Shown here: in pieces, positions 60,225 to 64,000 of the stretch
Layout: every line of letters starts with the position of its first letter
Position numbering within the stretch: position 1 is the stretch's first letter
Assembly (NCBI GenBank): GCA_963704725.1
Contig: OY969934.1
Coordinates: forward strand, 2,176,001-2,240,000
Reading direction: 5' to 3'
DNA length: 64,000 nucleotides
From: an uncultured Actinomycetes bacterium
Lineage (GTDB): Bacteria; Actinomycetota; UBA4738; HRBIN12
Program-made: the position numbers and the translations under genes
Notes under the pieces: model-generated
What the model was told of the DNA's origin: nothing
The model's input: the letters and a program-made list of their open reading frames with translations, nothing else
Databases searched by the model: none

Positions 60225-61217
60225 GTGAGCACGGAGCTCGTCTCTCGGGCCAAAGCCGGCGACCAGGACGCATTCCGCGCGCTGATCGAGCCCTACCGCG
60301 CGGAGCTGCACGTGCACTGCTACCGGATCCTCGGGTCGGTCCAGGACGCAGAGGACGCGCTGCAGGAGACGTTGCTCTCGGCCTGGCGCGGGCTGGAGGG
60401 ATTCGAGCGGCGAGCTTCCGTCAGGACCTGGCTCTACGCGGTCGCCACCAACCGCGCCCTGAACATGCTCCGGGCCGGGAGGCGTCGACCCCAGCTGCAG
60501 ATGCCGCCTGACGTGTCGCTCCCCGAGCCGACGCGTCGCGCGGATCCCCTTTGGCTCGAGCCGTATCCCGACGTCCTGCTCGAGAACGAGCTCGCAAGCC
60601 CGCCCGGCCCGGAGGCACGCTACGAGACCAAGGAAGCCATCTCCCTGGCGTTCGTCACGGCCCTGCAGCTCCTCCCGGCGCGTCAGCGAGCCGTGCTGAT
60701 CCTGCGAGACGTGCTCGGGTATCGGGCGGCCGAGGTCGCCGTGATGCTCGAGACGACCGCGGATTCGGTGACGAGCGCCCTCAAGCGCGCCCGCGCCACG
60801 CTGGAGGATCCGCCGCGGGCCGAGGCGCCACCGCAGCCCGACTCACCGGCTGAGCGCCAGCTGGTGGAGGAGCTCACGGCCGCCTTCGAAGCGAATGACG
60901 TCGACGGCATCGTCGCTCTGCTCGCCGACGACGTACGGCTGAGTATGCCGCCGCTCCCGCTCGAGTTCATCGGTCGCGAGGAGGCCAGACGCTTCTACGC
61001 GATCGTCGCTGCCCGTCCGGGCCGCCGCCGCCTCGTCCAGACCCGAGCCAACGGGCAGCCCGCGCTCGCGTTCTACTCCCGCGACGCCACCGGGGGCGTG
61101 TTCCGCGCGACCAGTCTGATGGTGGTCACGCTCACGGGCGAACGCATCGCCGCGCTCACCCGCTTCGACCCCAGCGTGCTCCAGCACTTCGGGCTGCCGC
61201 GGATCCTGCCTGAGTGA
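60225..61217 (+). CDS. ECF sigma factor with SnoaL-like domain (SigG-like)
   Basis: 'ELHVHCYRILGSVQDAEDALQET', 'WLEPYPD', 'LPARQRAVLILRDVLG', 'SMPP', 'ANGQPA'. Confidence 0.9.
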   Translation: MSTELVSRAKAGDQDAFRALIEPYRAELHVHCYRILGSVQDAEDALQETLLSAWRGLEGFERRASVRTWLYAVATNRALNMLRAGRRRPQLQMPPDVSLPEPTRRADPLWLEPYPDVLLENELASPPGPEARYETKEAISLAFVTALQLLPARQRAVLILRDVLGYRAAEVAVMLETTADSVTSALKRARATLEDPPRAEAPPQPDSPAERQLVEELTAAFEANDVDGIVALLADDVRLSMPPLPLEFIGREEARRFYAIVAARPGRRRLVQTRANGQPALAFYSRDATGGVFRATSLMVVTLTGERIAALTRFDPSVLQHFGLPRILPE

Positions 61218-61384
61218 TCGAGGCGAGTTCGGATCCGAGCCCGATCGGCCTCGGCGACGCCTCGAGCCCCTTCCCATGATCCGACTCGTACCCGGAGGTC
61301 ATGGACAAGCGGTGGCAACTCATGGACAGATCGGAGCCGGCGGGCTCACTGGGCGCCGAATCGGCGCTGGTCAACACCCCATTC

Positions 61385-61460
<76 letters not shown>

Positions 61461-61495
61461 GTGTTCTCCGAGTCTAGAGAGCCGGGGCGGCCCCT

Positions 61496-62020
61496 TCAAC
61501 CGGGGAACTCGAGCGCCGGATGGCAGCGGACCTCTCCCGACAGGGACCCTGCCTGCTCGTCCAGCCGAACGAGCAGGAAGTTCTCCTCGGTGACGACGAT
61601 CCCGTCCGGGAGCACCTGCCCGGCGTAGGGGTTCGGGACGCCGATCGTCACGCCCGGCTCGAACCCGAACCGCCGGTAGAAGGCCGGGTCGCCGAACAGG
61701 AGCACGGCGGCCTCCTCGCGCGCGCGAGCCTCCTCGAGGCCGGCACGCATCAGGGCGGAGCCGATCCCCGTCCCCTGCCGGTCCGGCAGGACGCCGATCG
61801 GCCCAAGCGCGAGAACGGGCGCGTCGCCGATCCAAGCGCGGCTGAACTGGAGGTGCCCGAGGACGGTGCCGGCCTCCTCGGCGACGAGCGCGAACGATCC
61901 CTCCTCGTCCCGCACCGCGCGGACGATCCCGGGCTCCTGGTCGGAACCGAACGCAGCTCGCTCGACCTCGAGCGCCGCCTCTCGATCCGCGTTCTGTTCG
62001 AGCCGCATCCGAACGGTCAC
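61496..62020 (-). CDS. GNAT family N-acetyltransferase
   Basis: 'LGPIGVLPDRQGTGIGSALM', 'GDPAFYRRFGF'; GTGA overlap with dut. Confidence 0.88.
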   Translation of the reverse strand: MTVRMRLEQNADREAALEVERAAFGSDQEPGIVRAVRDEEGSFALVAEEAGTVLGHLQFSRAWIGDAPVLALGPIGVLPDRQGTGIGSALMRAGLEEARAREEAAVLLFGDPAFYRRFGFEPGVTIGVPNPYAGQVLPDGIVVTEENFLLVRLDEQAGSLSGEVRCHPALEFPG

Positions 62021-62457
62021 TGCGTCCCCGTCGAGCCGAAGCCGCCCTCGCCCCGGGTCGAGGGCGGCAGGTCCTCGACCCACGTCGCCTCCAGTTCGGG
62101 TACGGCGACGATCACGAGCTGGGCGATCCGGTCCCCTCTCGAGATGTGCACGGGCGCCGAGCGGTCGAGGTTCACGACCGCGCAGATCAGCTCTCCGCGG
62201 TAGCCCGCGTCGATCAGGCCCGGAGCGTTGGCCAGCGTGAGCCCGTGCCGGCTCGCCAGCCCGCTGCGGGGCAGCACCAGGCCCGCGTGTCCCTCGGGGA
62301 TGGCCACCGCGAGGCCCGTGGGCACCATCGCCCGCTCCCCCGGGCCCACCTCGACGTCCGCCACCGATCGCAGGTCGAATCCCGCGTCGCCGGGGTTGGC
62401 CCGCTCTGGGAGCGACGCGCCGGGATCGAGCCGCCGGAACGGGAGGGAGCCGTTCAC
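62017..62457 (-). CDS. dut: dUTP diphosphatase
   Basis: Motifs 'AGFDL', 'PRSGLA', 'GLIDAGYRGE', 'DRIAQL', 'RGEGGFGSTG'. Confidence 0.96.
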   Translation of the reverse strand: MNGSLPFRRLDPGASLPERANPGDAGFDLRSVADVEVGPGERAMVPTGLAVAIPEGHAGLVLPRSGLASRHGLTLANAPGLIDAGYRGELICAVVNLDRSAPVHISRGDRIAQLVIVAVPELEATWVEDLPPSTRGEGGFGSTGTQ

Positions 62458-62825
62458 GCGGGCTCGAGGAGCTCGATGCGGTTGCCGAACGGGTCTCGCG
62501 CGTAGAAGCGTCGGAACCCCTCGAGCTGCACGTCCTCGTCGATCCGGTACCCCGCGCCGTCGAGCCGGTTCCGCAGCTCGTCAAGACCGCTCACCTGGAA
62601 CGCCGGGTGGGCCTTGCGGGCGGGCGTGAAGTCCTCGTGCTCCACGCCGAGGTGCACCTCGAACGCGCCGGTCCGGAACCACAGCCCGCCCCGCGGCGCG
62701 AGGTCGCTCGGCTTCGGCACCTCCGGCAGCCCGAGCAGCCCGCCGTAGAACGCTCGCCCCGCCTCCTCCTCGCCCGGGGGCATGGCGAGCTGCACGTGGT
62801 GCAGGCCGGTGATCTCGTAGGCCAT
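62454..62825 (-). CDS. VOC/glyoxalase family protein
   Basis: 'LHHVQL', 'KAHPAF', 'DPFGNRIEL'; RBS GGAG. Confidence 0.88.
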   Translation of the reverse strand: MAYEITGLHHVQLAMPPGEEEAGRAFYGGLLGLPEVPKPSDLAPRGGLWFRTGAFEVHLGVEHEDFTPARKAHPAFQVSGLDELRNRLDGAGYRIDEDVQLEGFRRFYARDPFGNRIELLEPA

Positions 62826-62852
62826 CGCCGTCTCCGGAGCGTACCGAACGCC

Positions 62853-62880
62853 GCGGGCCGGGACGAACGCCCCGGCCCGC
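62853..62880. terminator. Hairpin downstream of nrdJ
   Basis: GCGGGCCGGG-N8-CCCGGCCCGC. Confidence 0.5.
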
Positions 62881-62898
62881 ATCGGCGCACGATCTCGA

Positions 62899-64000
62899 CT
62901 AGGAGCAGCCGCTCGTCGAGCCGCAGCTGGGGCAGACGTAGCAGCTGCCCGCGGGCTGCATCTTCGAGCCGCACGAGTAGCACAGCGGCGCGTCGGCGGC
63001 CTGTCCCTCGGGAGCCTGCCGGATCTCGATCGGCCTCGGCGCCGGCTCCTGGGGGACCGGCTCGGACTCGACGACGCCGAGCCGCTCCGCCGCCTCGGAT
63101 GCCGCGGTCTGCTTCCGCTCCTCGATCGAGCGGATCCCGAGCCCCTCGCGCTGCTCCTTCGACAGGTGATCGAGCGCGAGGCGCCGGAACACGTAGTCGA
63201 CGATCGACGTGGCGAACCGGATGTCCGGGTCGTTGGTCATCCCGCTCGGCTCGAACTTCATGTTGATGAACTTGGCCACGTAGGTCTCGAGCGGGACCCC
63301 GTACTGGAGCCCGATCGAGATCGCGATCGAGAACGCGTCGGTGATCCCCGACAGCGTCGAGCCCTGCTTCGACGTCTTCAGGAAGATCTCGCCGATCCCG
63401 TCGTCCGGGTACGTGCTCGCGGTGATGTAGCCCTCGGCGTCGCCGACCTCGAACTTCGTGGTGATCGAGGGCCGGCTCTGCGGCAGCCGCTTGCGCTCCG
63501 GCTTGGCCAGCGCGGCAGGCTCGGGCTGGGCCGCCGACTTCTTCTTGTCCGCCGAGAGCGGCTGCGCGACCTTGCAGTTGTCACGATAGATCGCAACGGC
63601 CTTCAGGCCGAGCTTCCACGACTCGACGAACAGCTGCTCGACCTCCTCGACCGTGACGTGCTCGGGCATGTTCACCGTCTTGCTGATCGCGCCCGAGATG
63701 AACGGCTGCGCCGCCGCCATCATCCGGACGTGGCCCATGTAGTGGATGGGCTCGGCGCCCATCGCGGTGTCGAAGACGGCGTAGTGCTCGGCCTTGAGGT
63801 GCGGCGCGTCCACCACCGAGTTGTGCTCGGCGATGTAGGCGACGACGTCGTCGACCTCTGCCGGCTCGTAGCCGAGGCGATCGAGCGCGCGCGGGACCGT
63901 CTGGTTCACGAACTGCATCGTGCCCCCGCCCACGAGCTTCTTCGTCTTCACCAGCGCGAGCTCGGGCTCGATGCCGGTCGTGTCGCAGTCCATCATCAGG
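62899..64000 (-). CDS. nrdJ: Vitamin B12-dependent (class II) ribonucleotide reductase, 3' part
   Basis: 'MDCDTTGIEP', 'QPFISGAISKTVNMP', 'GLKAVAIYRD', TSCPD-like domain, terminal 'CYSC...CYVCPSCGSTSGCS'. Confidence 0.93.
   Translation of the reverse strand, partial: LMMDCDTTGIEPELALVKTKKLVGGGTMQFVNQTVPRALDRLGYEPAEVDDVVAYIAEHNSVVDAPHLKAEHYAVFDTAMGAEPIHYMGHVRMMAAAQPFISGAISKTVNMPEHVTVEEVEQLFVESWKLGLKAVAIYRDNCKVAQPLSADKKKSAAQPEPAALAKPERKRLPQSRPSITTKFEVGDAEGYITASTYPDDGIGEIFLKTSKQGSTLSGITDAFSIAISIGLQYGVPLETYVAKFINMKFEPSGMTNDPDIRFATSIVDYVFRRLALDHLSKEQREGLGIRSIEERKQTAASEAAERLGVVESEPVPQEPAPRPIEIRQAPEGQAADAPLCYSCGSKMQPAGSCYVCPSCGSTSGCS

Overview
High-GC chromosomal segment that looks actinobacterial (TANNNT -10 boxes, leaderless genes, RR/HK/GerMN trio, NrdJ). 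It is densely coding, with about 65 real CDS; most long overlapping ORFs in the track are GC-rich shadow frames. Left to right: end of a sugar ABC transporter; an orphan RnfD/NqrB-like membrane protein; a short MetE-fold protein; a secreted M36 protease; an OmpR/PhoP-type two-component pair; an aromatic catabolism locus (HAAT ABC transporter, IclR/PcaR regulator, aldehyde dehydrogenase-pobA-MetE-like operon, pcaHGBDC) tied together by three GTTCGC-N3-GCGAAC-type boxes; an ECF sigma with a PASTA anti-sigma candidate; transporters; tRNA-Val(GAC) and tRNA-Cys(GCA). Then a 28.4-kb accessory-looking block runs up to tRNA-Gly(GCC): DoxX-Rieske fusion, RHH/DUF4097/ABC operon, AlkA, class II UvrA, two SnoaL-type ECF sigmas, a Gre-like/RR/HK/GerMN unit, and an L-fuconate-type sugar-acid locus with a LarA homologue. 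The window ends with GNAT, dut, VOC and the 3' part of nrdJ. Best novelty candidates: (1) a Zn-thiol alkyltransferase (MetE catalytic domain) translationally coupled to pobA; (2) an intact nickel-pincer LarA-family enzyme in a fuconate-dehydratase pathway; (3) a DoxX-Rieske protein with an internal Tat motif whose promoter has the same architecture as the distant response regulator's own promoter. No CRISPR array, rRNA, integrase or transposase was seen. All calls come from motif recognition by eye; no database searches were run.
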